From positions 93,248,001-93,312,000 of the forward strand of contig NC_043004.1 in the NCBI RefSeq assembly GCF_006345805.1: a stretch of 64,000 bases of DNA, given 5' to 3'. The notes beneath the pieces are model-generated. The model was given only the letters and a program-made list of their open reading frames with translations, was not told the origin of the DNA and did not search any database. The position numbers and the translations under genes are program-made. Positions 12,000-23,968 of this stretch are shown piece by piece. Source of the DNA: Octopus sinensis (lineage: Eukaryota). The first letter of the stretch is position 1, and every line of letters begins with the position of its first letter.

Positions 12000-12218
12000 C
12001 CCTTTAGTGTTTAAACCGGCTATATCCGGCCCGAATATTCTACTCATTTTATGCTCGAACTGACCAGAACCAGTATCTCACACCTACCCTGCAATGTAAT
12101 TCTAAAAATAAACAATTAGATCTTTCAAATCTTGAAGCTACAAGATAATATCAGATAAATCTTTTAAAATGTAAATGAATACAGATTACTTTTGACATAT
12201 TAATTTGAATGCTAAAGG
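12000..12218. mobile_element. TTAA-flanked MITE (piggyBac-like ends)
   Basis: TTAA|CCCTTTAG...CTAAAGGT|TTAA, with TTAA at 11996-11999 and 12219-12222. Confidence 0.7.
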
Positions 12219-12346
12219 TTTAATGGCAGAGTTAATGATAATCACCCTATGTGGTCATTATCACTGACTTCAGCATGATCACAGGTTGAAGGCTATGAAC
12301 TGAAAACAAATTTTGTAATTATTAATATTGGATAAATGTAAATTTA

Positions 12347-12386
<40 letters not shown>

Positions 12387-12469
12387 ATGTGTGACTGCTA
12401 AATTCGCAAGATTTTTTTATTCTCTCTCTGTTTATTCTCCTTTCTGTTGAAGAGCATAGGCTTGAAAAG

Positions 12470-13395
12470 TAAAACACTTTTTCACTTCCCCAAGTATCAA
12501 ACTGTGAGATAAATAGCACAGCATGAGACAATTCACTCTGCCAGAAATTTGGAAATGACATGCTGTACTGTTTGGCATTCATGCCGGAAGCTCCAATACA
12601 AACATTTCAGTGTGTTTGGGTGTCAATCTGAGGACAGTGCAGAGGATTCGGATAGAGTTGGATGAGACTCATGGTGATTATGAAAGTACTCATGGTGATT
12701 ATGAAAGTATGGCAGTTCGGAAAACTCAGTCAGATTGTTCTGATAAGAGAAAAACTCCTGAATTTTTGGGTGAAGCCCAGGCCAGGATTGACAACAATCC
12801 CTCCAAGTCAGTCAGGTCCATAGGAATGTCTGAGCTTCTTATCAGGCAGGTAGTGCATAAAGACATTTGGTATTCCTTATACAAGATGAAGAAGGGCCAA
12901 TTTTTATCCCAAGCCATCAAGGATAAAAGGAAAGACTGTGCTACAAAGCTTTTCAACAAACTCAAGCTCCCCCTCCAACCGAACATGCTTGGTTTTTTCT
13001 CAGATGAGAAAATTTTCTGCCAGGATCACAGAAACATGGCTTGCCATGTCCCCAAAACATGTATCAGAAAGCGATAAAAATTAAACATCCAGTCAACATC
13101 ATGGTGTTTGATCACTAGTTATGGTGACATTATATATCCATCCATCTTCCCACATGGCCTCAGACTCAAGAGGGTGGCTTTTGGAAGACCCTATGTCTGG
13201 CAACAAGGCTCTGCACCATGCCACACAAGCAAAAGAATCCAGTCATGGCTGTCAGATAATTTCTGCAACCACATCACCCCAAACACCTTGCCACCTAACT
13301 TCCCAGACTGCAACCCCTTTTGTTATTATGTGTGAGGCGCAGATGAGCAAGAGACCAACAAAACTCCTCATAACACCAAAGATGAACTGAAGATC
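12470..13395 (+). mobile_element. Decayed maT-like (DD37D) Tc1/mariner-superfamily transposase, in DOHH intron 3
   Basis: Frames read LGVNLRTVQRIR...GQFLSQAIKDKRKD..KLFNKLK..FFSDEKIFCQD and GRPYVWQQGSAPCHTS...PPNFPDCNPFCYYV. It has frameshifts and a deletion, and the second and third catalytic Asp are replaced. Confidence 0.85.
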
Positions 13396-13502
13396 ATTGT
13401 AGAAAATGAAGGAGAGTATAGTTTAGATTAAAAGAACTTTGTTTATCTGAATTTTGAAAAATAAAAGAAGTATAAAAAATCCGCATTATATATGGTATGA
13501 CC

Positions 13503-13535
<33 letters not shown>

Positions 13536-13969
13536 GCTAATCGAAGGAAGTCAGTCCAAATTTCATTACACATTATGCTTGTATGGTCATTGATAGCTTA
13601 ATTATTACTGAGCCATATGTGTGTATACACACACACACACACACTATAAACTTACACATGTTGCATGGTCGGGTTGTCGGCAACTAAATTGACAACCCCA
13701 TCAAGCTTGATTGGTGAGGAGGGTGATTGTTGGACACCCTGCAGGACAAAAGATGATAAGACCTGTCAAAGGGCGGAAGAGCGCATGAGCAGTCAATGGC
13801 TATCCAACAATATGTGTATATGCGTGTATGTATGGATGGAGACGTGAAAATACCTGTGTTGGTGTCCAGGCATGCAGGTGGACCACTGGGAGTGGGAGGC
13901 CCCTCTGTTGTTGTTACAACATTTCTCTAGGAGAGGGAAAACCTGCGACACTGACAATATTCGATGATA

Positions 13970-14180
13970 GCCTCGCCTGGCACCTGTGCAGGTGGCACGT
14001 AAAAAGCAGCCACTACACTCACGGAGTGGTTGGCGTTAGGCAGGGCATCCAGCTGTAGAAACATTGCCAGATAAGACTGGAGCCTGGTGCACCCTTCTGG
14101 CTTCCCAGATCCCCGGTCGAACCGTCCAACCCATGCTAGCATGGAGAACGGACGTTAAACGATGATGATGATGATGATGT
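13970..14180 (+). mobile_element. Retroposon family C copy
   Basis: cacctgtgcaggtggcacgtaaaaagc...ccatgctagcatggagaacggacgttaaac(gat)n. Confidence 0.8.
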
Positions 14181-14442
14181 AGACTAGTTCGTCCTTTCGA
14201 GTTTATGTTATCCATGTTCGTTCAGAGAGTGGGATTGGTTTTGTGCAAATCTTTTCCCCACAATAAAAAGAAATCTTCAAGCACAAACATCGCTTGAAAA
14301 AAAAAAAAAGACCTATCGCAAAAATGGCTGGTCGTAGCCTTCAAATCTGTGGGATTTTCGATCTGGCGATGGCTAAACTCGATCTCGAGTTTGCAACTAT
14401 CATGTATACAGACACACGGCATATAAATATTCATATATAGAA

Positions 14443-14702
14443 GCTAGGATCACCAAGCAGATTGGCATATTTTGGTCATATTATGCGGAGAGAATCCCTG
14501 GAGAAGGACATCATGCTCGGAATGGTCAGTGGCAAGAGAGGAAGAGGCCGACCAAGAACCCGCTGGCTTGACACCATCAAGAGTGATACCGGAACGGACA
14601 TAGCCAATCTGAAAGAAGCGGCCCAGGATAGAACTGACTGGAGAACACTGATCCAACGAGTGACCGAGAATCGACTTCGACTGAGCGGATAGAGAGAGAT
14701 AG
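14443..14702 (+). mobile_element. 5'-truncated RTE (BovB-like) LINE 3' end
   Basis: AYFGHIMRRESLEKDIMLGMVSGKRGRGRPRTRWLDTIKSDTG...AAQDRTDWR...RLRLSG*, followed by a short (AG)n tail. Confidence 0.85.
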
Positions 14703-17153
14703 TCGAAGGGAAATAACTCTAGGATCATTAGTTATTTGCTCTGAATTTATTTATTAATACACTTAGTAGCAGAATACAAATCTCTTAACCCTAAGTAGTT
14801 ATATTCACGGGACAGTATGCCAACATAACAACATTATAATTGACAATAGATGTTATAAACATGTGCTAAACAAGACAACGACCGGACCACACACGCAACA
14901 ATGGCATGGGTCGTCCGCAGAAGTAGATCTGTCTGCATGGAGAGCCGCCTAGCCAAGGGAGATAATCTACTTATCGGAATGTCCTATATTAACGTCTAAC
15001 CATAATTTGCAATTTAAAGTAAAGTTTATCTAAAACATTTTAAAGTCAACAAAAACCTCTATGAAAATGACGGAAAATGTTCTATCATAATTATGAACTA
15101 ATTGACCACAAACACATCATTGATAAGCTTTGTCCTACCTTATCCCCACCAAGGAATATCTAAAATTTAAAACCTTAAAACGCTTTGGCTAATTAATAGA
15201 AATCCTTTAAGCGCCTAGCAAAAGTACATTGTGAAAGACTGATCGATGACAAAAAAATTTGTGTTGTACCCAAATGACGATGGAAGCAAATGTTGCAGAT
15301 TGGTCTAACCTCAAAAAGTAGACTTGCAGGAAAATTCAGACACCATTACCATCACCATTTAACGCCTGTTTTCCAAGCTGACATGGATTGGATGGTTTGA
15401 CAGGATCTGGTAATCTACAGGGTTGCATTGAGCTCCAATGCCAGTTTTGGCATGGTTTCTATGGTTGGATGTCCTTCCTAATATCATCCACTTCACAGTG
15501 AGAAGTGGGTGCATTTTTCGTGCCACCAGTACTAGTGAAACTGCCGGGTAAGTTGCAAGACAAGAAAAGAACAGGAAAAGGGAAGAAATTCTCTCAACTA
15601 AGTGTCTGTATGTGGATGGGAGGCGGTGTTTTGAGAGGTGAGGAGATGGTTGTACGTCAGGTGTACAGGGGCTGACACTGAGGGGGAAAAAAGTTTTTTC
15701 CTTCAATCTTATACAAATTATGGACTTGTATAGGAGGATCTGAATTATTATATCCAGGACCTGAACTAGAAATGCAAAACTGTAAGGTGCAATGTATTTG
15801 AAGAAAAATCTGGCTATTTAATAAAAATATTAGACTCAACAGTTTTGTACTGAGTTTTCTTTTGCTGTCATACTTGTATTTTGTTACTGCTTTCATTCAC
15901 TGAACCAAGGCTGTGCTAGGGTACTTCAAGGGTATGGTCAGCTATATCAGTCCTCAGTATTTATTTTATCAACTTATGTGTCAGTGCACATAAAAAAAAC
16001 ACCACTGCTGATGCCATGTATGAATCAACCAAACCAGTGTCACATATATAGTACGTGTGTCAACGCCAAATGTAAAATACCTGTGCCAGTGACATGTATG
16101 AAGCACCCATGCTGGTGTCACGTATAAAGCAGCCATATCAGCACCATGTAAAAAGTACCCAGTACACTGTAAAGTGGTTGCTGTTAAGAAGGGCATTCAG
16201 CTGTAGAAACCATACCAAAACAGATAATTGGAGCCCAGGTATCTCTCCGCTGGCCAGCTCCTGTCAAACGATCCAACCCATGCCAGCATGGAAAACAGAT
16301 GTTAAATGATCCTGATGATGAAGGAAGGATGAAAGGCAAATTAGATTTATAAGCCCTAAAATTCATGCCATAATTGCCAACAGGAATATGGCAGAGAACT
16401 AACCCCAAGATTCCGAGTTTGATTCCAGGCAGTGACCTGAATCCTAATACTAACAACATCAGAAAAATACCTTAGGAATGAGAACCCAGGTTTGAAATTC
16501 CCCCAGGACACCTGAAGAAGGCTGAAGAGGATTGATATGTCGTTCAATAGTGATACACAATGTTTGGAAGTATTAATATTTGAACTCATGAACATGTGGT
16601 TAGTATTCCAGCCCTTGAACCTCACACTAAGTAAACAATAGACATACTGACTCCAAAGATTCATGAACATATGGAAGAAAATCAAAAGGTGAAAAAATAT
16701 TGGTTTCAAACAAACTGTATCTGGTTATTAAGCCACATTTTCTTTACTCAAAAAAATAGGTGTGAAAAATCACATATGTCTTTTCTACCAAACCTTATTC
16801 TGGGTTTGAAATCCACGTCATACAATAAGACTAAGACACACACTAGCAAGTGATTGAATACGTCACGTTATAACACAGTCTGTATCAATACTGGTGTTTC
16901 AAACAAATTTAAGCTGATGACTTCTCACATGAAAACAAAAAAATGACTTCCAGTGTGTGAAATATCTAAAGACAGTTCTCTATAGCCAGCTGTTATTCCC
17001 ACTAGTTACCATACATATTCCCAATTCATAAAGACTAGAAATTTAAAGGCACTGATATTCTGTGTTCCAAGCATAGATCATGAAAACACACTGTTATATC
17101 TATGGTTCCAAGACCTTGTTAGATGGTATTGGTAGACAGAAACTGAAAGAAGA

Positions 17154-17199
<46 letters not shown>

Positions 17200-17200
<1 letters not shown>

Positions 17201-17700
17201 TCATCATCATCATCGTTTAACGTCCGTTTTCCGCGCTAGCACGGGTTGGACAGTTCGACCGGGGTCTGGGAAGCCCGAAGGCTGCACCAGGCCAGTCAGA
17301 TCTGGCAGTGTTTCTACAGCTGGATGCCCTTCCTAACGCCAACCACTCCGAGAGTGTAGTGGGTGATTTTATGTGCCACTGACACAGGTGCCAGACGAGG
17401 CTGGCGAATGGCCACGCTCGGATGGTGCTTTTTACGTGCCACCGGCATGGAGGCCAGTCAATGCAGTACTGGCTATGGCCACATACATATATATATATAT
17501 ATATACAATATATACATACATATATATATATATATACGACAGGCTTCTTTCAGTTTCCGCCTACCAAATCCCCTCACAAGGCTTTGGTCGGCCCGAGGCT
17601 ACAGTAGAAGACACTTGCCCAAGGTGCCACGCAGTGAGACTGAACCCGGAACCATGTGGTTCGTAAGCAAGCTACTTACCACACAGCCACTCCTGCGCCT
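17200..17700 (-). mobile_element. Adjacent family C copy (17200-17480) and family B SINE head (17535-17700)
   Basis: catcatcatcgtttaacgtccg tail with its body, plus the reverse-complement head aggcgcaggagtggctgtgtggtaagtagcttgct. Confidence 0.8.
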
Positions 17701-17767
17701 AGATACTTTACATCTACTCTAGATACTTTACATCTGAAAGTTTAATCTAGTATCAGAGTTTCCTTAC

Positions 17768-18014
17768 CTTTAGCAAGAACTAAGCATGCTTCATCCGTTT
17801 GCATGTTCCTGAGAGAGAACATGGCCCGATAGCGAGTATATATAGGCAGTGATTCATCCAGCAGCATCTTCTCCAATTTCACCAAGTCTTGGCATTCAGC
17901 AGGTGGTGCAGGATCGATAGAATTGTATGGATTTTTGGACAAGTTTTTCTTGTGACGATCTGAGCCATGTAACCACCTGATTCGTTGTATGGCTAACTGA
18001 CACGTATGAGCAAG
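17768..18014 (-). CDS. DOHH: DOHH coding exon 3 (247 nt)
   Basis: Acceptor ttttatccag|CTT. Encodes LAHTCQLAIQRIRWL...NPYNSIDPAPP...LLDESLPIYTRYRAMFSLRN...LAK. Donor G|GTAAGG (phase 1). Confidence 0.96.
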
Positions 18015-18084
18015 CTGGATAAAAAAAAAAGAGACAAATAAACAAAAGAAATTCATTATAATTGCTTACACATGTACAGCCATA

Positions 18085-18290
18085 CACACACACACACACG
18101 TTTATACACACACATATATATACATACATACATATATATATATATACATATATATACACATACATATATATATACACATACATATATATATACACATATA
18201 TACACATATATACATATATATATACACATATACATATATATATACACATATATATACACACATATATATACATACATATATATACATATA
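18085..18290. repeat. (CA/TA)n compound microsatellite ~70 bp into intron 2 from the exon 3 acceptor
   Basis: Direct reading of the sequence. Confidence 0.9.
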
Positions 18291-18668
18291 TTCATCATCA
18301 CCATTTAACATCTACTTTTCCATGCTTGCATGGGTCAGGTGGGACAGAATTGTGTTGAGGTAGATTTTCTACAGCTGGATGCCCTTCCTGTTGCCAACCT
18401 TCACCTGTTTCCAAGTAAGGACATGTTTCCACAAAAGATTGGAACTGAGGGACACTGCTTTTATGACAGTGACACTCATTTACAACTATTATATGAAATC
18501 GAAAACAAAGAGATAACACACAAACACAAGCTTCTTTCAGTTTCTGTCTATCACTCACAAGACTTTGGTTCACTTCTATTAAGAGGACACTTTCCCAAAG
18601 TGCTACACTGCAGGATTGAACCTGGAACCATGAGTTTGGGAAGCAAACTTCTTACCACACAGCCATGC
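18290..18668 (-). mobile_element. SINE with family B head and RTE-like (GAT)n tail
   Basis: Head cttaccacacagccatgcct at ~18650-18668 and tail catcatcaccatttaacatc at ~18292. Confidence 0.7.
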
Positions 18669-18847
18669 CTTTCTTACTTTAAGAAAAAAAAAATTGCTGT
18701 CTGAGTATGCTTCTGGTAACTTCAGTTCCAGACTTAGACATACATATGCATACATATACATATATGTAGTCTTTGACATACAGACAAAAAAATGTTCACA
18801 GTTGGAAAGCTATCACCCTAAATCTGCTCAATAAGGTGAGGATAAAC

Positions 18848-19160
18848 ATCATCATCATCGTTTAATGTCCGTTTTCCGTGCTAGCATGGGTTGGACGGTT
18901 CGACCGGGGTCTGGGAAGCCAGGGGCTGCTCCAGGCTCCAGTCTGATCTGGCAGAGTTTCTACAGCTGGATGCCCTTACTAACGCCAACCACTCCGCAAG
19001 TGTAGTGGGTGCTTTTTACGTGCCACCTGCACAGGTGCCAGGGGGGATCCAGCATCGGCCACGATCGGTTGGAGCTTTTAACATGCCAGCGGCACGGAAG
19101 CCAGCCAAGGCGGCGCTGGCAACATTCGGATGGTGCTTTTCATGTGCCACCAGCACAGAA
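18848..19160 (-). mobile_element. Retroposon family C copy with subrepeats
   Basis: catcatcatcgtttaatgtccg...ggtgctttttacgtgccacc repeated. Confidence 0.75.
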
Positions 19161-19639
19161 GCCATTCCAGATAATGAATATGTTTGGAGAGAGAAACAAA
19201 AACAAGCACCATTTAGAGAGGAAATATCAATTATAAAGAAACCTCTCCACTCTTTGTCACTCATTTTAAACACATACATGACAGACATATGTAAACACAC
19301 ACACACATGTATACATACATACATATATACATACATACATACATACATACATACACTCTCACTCAGAAATATGGGCAGACAGTGGCACACGTACCTTATA
19401 ATACTTGTTTCAGCCACTGCAATGTGGCTATGCTGGGGACACTGCCTCTAAGGGTTTAGTTTAACAAGTCGACCCCAGGAATTATTTTTTAAATGTGGTA
19501 CTTATTCTGCAGATCTCTTTCACTGAACTGGGGTTCATTTAACTGATTGGATCCTTGAAAACAGTGCCCTATCGTGGATGTATTCCAGTGACTGAAACTA
19601 GCACAAGCATATGACAGGTGTATGTGTAAACGTAATAGG

Positions 19640-20020
19640 CACAGGTGTGGCTGTGTGGTAAGAAGCTTGCTTTCCAACCATGTGCTCACGGGTTCAGTCC
19701 CACTACACTGTACTTTAGGCAAGTGTCTTCTTTGGTGAGCTCTGGATTGACCAAAGTCTCATGAGTAGACTTAATAGACAGAGACTGAAAGAAGTCCATT
19801 GTTTGTTTGTATGTATGTGTGTATGTGTTTGTCCTACACCACTGCTTGACAACTGCTGTTGGTTTGCTTGTCACAGTAACCTAGCAGTTTGGTTAAACTG
19901 ACCAACAGAATAAGTGTCAAGCTTAAAACATAAATAAGTATTGAGGTTGATTTTTTTTTACCAAATACTTCAAGGCAGTGCCCCAGCCCAGCCATAGTCC
20001 AATGACTGAAACAAGTAAAA
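19640..20020 (+). mobile_element. Decayed SINE family B
   Basis: ggcacaggtgtggctgtgtggtaagaagcttgct ... ccatagtccaatgactgaaacaagtaaaa. Confidence 0.7.
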
Positions 20021-21289
20021 TATAAAAGGTATATGTAGACACACACACCCACACACACACACACACACAACATCACTAATACGTGTATAAATATAGATCC
20101 AACAAAAGGATCACCCACCCAAGTTGTCAGTACTACGGCTAGATGTGCAATGGAAACATGGAGGCAAAGAAGGCAGCTGATCTTTCAAGAATTGAAGCTA
20201 AGATGATTAAGACAGCTGGTGAAAAAGGTTACATGTTAGTCACATGCACAGTGAACCTGAAAGCACAGGCAAGAAGGTGTCATCATACCTAATGATTAGT
20301 GTAGTAACATTACTGTCAACTACAATAAGATGCTCTATAAAGGGGCAATGACAAGGGCATTAAATCATAGAACCTAATTACGAAAGTTACAGAAAGAGTT
20401 ATAGCACAGTTGTTTAGAAACAAAATTATAATATTGTTGCATTTCGGGATGGTCATTTTATTATTATTATTTTTTTTTTTTACCAAATAAACATATGCAC
20501 TATATATATATATTTTCTTCTTCATTCGTTTATTACTGTTATTTTATTATTTTAATGCCTGGATTAAGTGAAACAAGAACGCACACGGAAACAATAAAGT
20601 ATTGTTGAAGAGGCCACAGATGTCTGACAAAAGACAATGGACAGGTGTTAAACTAATAAAATAACAGTAATAAACGAGTGATAAAACAAAAAAAAAAATA
20701 GTGCTTGTGTTTATTTGGCAAAAAAAAAAAATAGACAAATAAAATGACCATCCCAAAGTACAACATCTGTTTCAACAAATGATTTCCCATCAGGAATCTT
20801 GCAAAACGAATTGATAAACGTAAAAATTATAATAGATGCTTAAGAAGACACATCAAGCTAAGTAAAAGCGTGGTTGCCTGCATCCTTCTCCACTTCAACA
20901 TTCCTAATCTTGCAGGCTTGTGGGAGTTGGTGTGACGTAGTAAGTACCTATACCAGTGCCCCGTAGACGCAGCTATGCTGGTAGTGCACGAAAGCACCCA
21001 GTACACTCTGTAAAGTGGTTGACATCAGGGAGGGCATCAAGCCATAGAAACCATGCCAAAACAGACATAGAGCCTGGCCAGCTCCTATCAAACTGTTCAG
21101 CCCAGGCCAGCATGATGATGATGAAGTATAGTTTGGCTTGGTATTAAAAAGAAGCACTACTGATACCGTCTTCCTACTAAAACACTACTTAAGTACCCAG
21201 TTAGGAGTAAGCCTCTATATCTAGCATTTGTTGTCCTACAACGTCTTTGACAAGGTTCTATTTTCAATTATTTAGTTATTTAGGGAAAT

Positions 21290-22260
21290 CACAGATAGAT
21301 GAACGGCTTGTGAGGTCCAGCATGCAAGCATCATCAAGGCTAAGTCTTCAATCTCTTCCTATTTGTGATAGTATTACAGGTGATAATAGAGTTCAAGACA
21401 AGCTGTGTATGGGAGCTCCTGTAATTAATAACCTAGTTCTTATGGCCATATCTGTAGAATATTTAGAGATGAAATACTAGACCTGGAAGCAAAATCTAGA
21501 GTCAAGTGGCCTTAAAATATACTTAGGGAAGACTCAAGTTTTAGTAAGGAACAAAGGACTCAAGACACTGTTACCATCAAGAAAAGGCTGTGCTTGATAT
21601 GCAGGAAAAGAGTGGACAGAAATTCTATATGTTGTACACAGTGTAAAATGTGGACACACATGAGGTGTGATGGGGGTGCATTGGCAGGTTAACAAAGAGA
21701 GTTGACTTTGTATGACATAGATGCACAAGAATGTTTAGAAGTAGGAATATGCATGGAATAAAGTCCAGCCAATGCTCAGATGAATCACTAAAAATAACTG
21801 ACAGCTCTGGTTACCTTGCTGACCTAATTAACAATGGAGATAGGTGTACCAAAAGCATAGTGGCCAGAGCAAGCTCAAGAAGCTATTACTTCTGCTGACT
21901 AAAAAGAGTTTCTTAAAGTGAATGGCAGATTGCATGATGCTTGTGTATGAACATGTTGCAAGGTAGTGAGATGTGGGCCTTGAAGGTAGAGGATTTGTAA
22001 AGACTGGAAAAGAAAATGAAGCAAGCATGCTCCACTGGATGTGAGATATTAGTGTGCACGAATGATGGAGTACAAATGAACCGAGAGAATGCTGTGTTGG
22101 TATGGCCATATGATGGACATGGAGGATGACAGTTGTGTGCTGAAAGTGGATAGAACCTGTGAAGGAAGAATACCAAGGAAGACCTGGGATAAAGTGGTAA
22201 AGAGCTCACAAAGGAAATGACAAAGGACAATGATAATTGGTGACATACAGTGCTGGAAAA
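21290..22260 (+). mobile_element. Decayed RTE LINE 3' half
   Basis: Residual GLKIYLGKTQVLV, GRLHDACV and RPRKTWDKVV-like segments, collinear with the RTE at 27935-28890. Confidence 0.6.
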
Positions 22261-23891
22261 TTTCCATGCATGACAGGCATAATATATGTTATATAGTGAT
22301 AATAGTGGAGGTAGGGATATATAATACATTCACTGTTTTACCCATTTGTGCCTATCAAGTTTCCATCTGCTGCACACCTCGCTCCCAACTATTTGATACC
22401 CTTGCATTTCTCTAATACTTACCTGCTTTCCAACTCACTGGGTCATGTCGTCAGTGTAATGAGAAATATCATCATGACACAGTGAATTTGATATGATAAA
22501 ACTAAACCCTTCTACCCCTACCTCCAGCTGTATCACTACCTGTAGCTTTCCACTACTGCTAGCCATCATTCATTAATTAACAGCCATCACTCTCACACTC
22601 CTGCTTATCATCACTCATCTCCAGGACACTCACCAACAAACACGAAACTGCCATTAATGTCTCTCTCCTACTGCTCTCTGCCATCTCTTCTATTTTTCTC
22701 TCTCTCCTCTGCCACCCTGTCACCCAAATAATCTACACTCTTGCTTCTTTTACCCTCTCACCCTAGTTCAACTTCTGTCATTGTCTTTTCTTTTATTCAC
22801 CTTCTTGGTAACATGGCCATGAACTAATAGAGACAATATAAAGCAGTGAGGACTCACTCTTTAGCCTTGCAGAGAACAAGGCTACCTCTCTAGCGATAGT
22901 GCCAAAAGAAATTGCACTCAGTACATTTTGTAAAGTGTAACCAAGCAGATGCAATGTAGGACCAAGAGAACTATTTAGACTTGTCAAGGGTATGACAAGC
23001 TCTCTAATGCTAGTGGCACAGTAAAATGCATCCAGTGAAGTGGTTTGTGACTGAGAGGAAACAATGTTATGATCAAGAAAGCTTTTCAGTTTTGTCAAGG
23101 ACACGACAATCTTTCTCATGTTGGAGCTTATCATATCCTTGACAAGACTAAAAATCCTCTTGTTCCTACATTGTCTCTATTTGAAAGCCAATATTAAATG
23201 CACTCAATACACTTTGTAATGTGGTTGATGTTAATAAGGGCATCCAGCTGTAGAAACCATGCTGCAATAGAACACACGAGTGAAATGTAATCAGCATGAT
23301 CCACCTAGGAGGCCAGTAACTCTGAATAAGTGACTTGGACCATTAGGACCTGCTTAATATCTACCAGCATTGAAAGTAGATGCAAGACGATGATAATGAT
23401 ATATAGCGTATTTAATGTATAATATACAACATATAAGTATATAGTGTATCTAGTTACTTTCAATGTTGTTGCTTAGTTCCAGATCATTCCTAATTCAGCA
23501 GACCTATGATCAAAGTTGTTCCAGTCATGACCATCTCACCTATTATTCAGTGCTCCTAGTACTACATTACCTAATGTTTACTTCTTTTTGTAAGATGGTA
23601 GTTTGTTATTTCTAGCAAACCAAATGATCAGAGAGACTACCTAGATGGCTAAAAGGAACAAAAAAAGTTTATCACAGAGATGGTTACACTAATTTCCATA
23701 GTGGTGTCAGTTTGAAAAGTGTTAAACAATCATCTCCAATAATGTTTGAAATATATTTTATCACAGCAACCTGACCACCACTACTTTCCATCAATCCTAA
23801 TGATTGTATTTAATTATTACTTTGTGACAAAGTTTACTTGTAAGTGGATATTACCAAAAACGAAGTAATCGAATTGGTTTATTAAATATAC

Positions 23892-23968
23892 CTCAATGAT
23901 ATCATTGTGTTCGAATTTTTTCAAAACTTTGATGGAAGATAATGATCCAATTGCACCCAAAGCTTCAC
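23892..23968 (-). CDS. DOHH: DOHH coding exon 2 (77 nt; not in the ORF track)
   Basis: Acceptor ttacctctgcag|GT GAA GCT TTG GGT GCA ATT GGA gives (G)EALGAIGSLSSIKVLKKFEHNDIIE. Donor GAG|GTATAT. Phase 1 in and phase 0 out fit both neighbouring exons. Confidence 0.95.

Noticed and set aside
16184-16709. Minus-strand ORFs ending ...LWHEF, briefly considered as a DOHH exon
   Set aside because: The exon 3 to exon 4 splice already supplies LFRHE in frame, and there is no HEAT-repeat similarity here.
17896-18358. Several ORFs beside exon 3
   Set aside because: Microsatellite artefacts. Only 17768-18014 is coding.
18891-19451. 186 aa ORF and similar 'CRWHVKS/LDALPNANHS' ORFs elsewhere
   Set aside because: Translations of family C repeat sequence.
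22793-23134. 113 aa minus-strand ORF, possibly old LINE
   Set aside because: Only vague CR1-like hints; not enough to call.
11886-23891. Introns 2 and 3 have almost equal length (5877 and 5882 bp)
   Set aside because: No sequence similarity or duplication between them; treated as coincidence.
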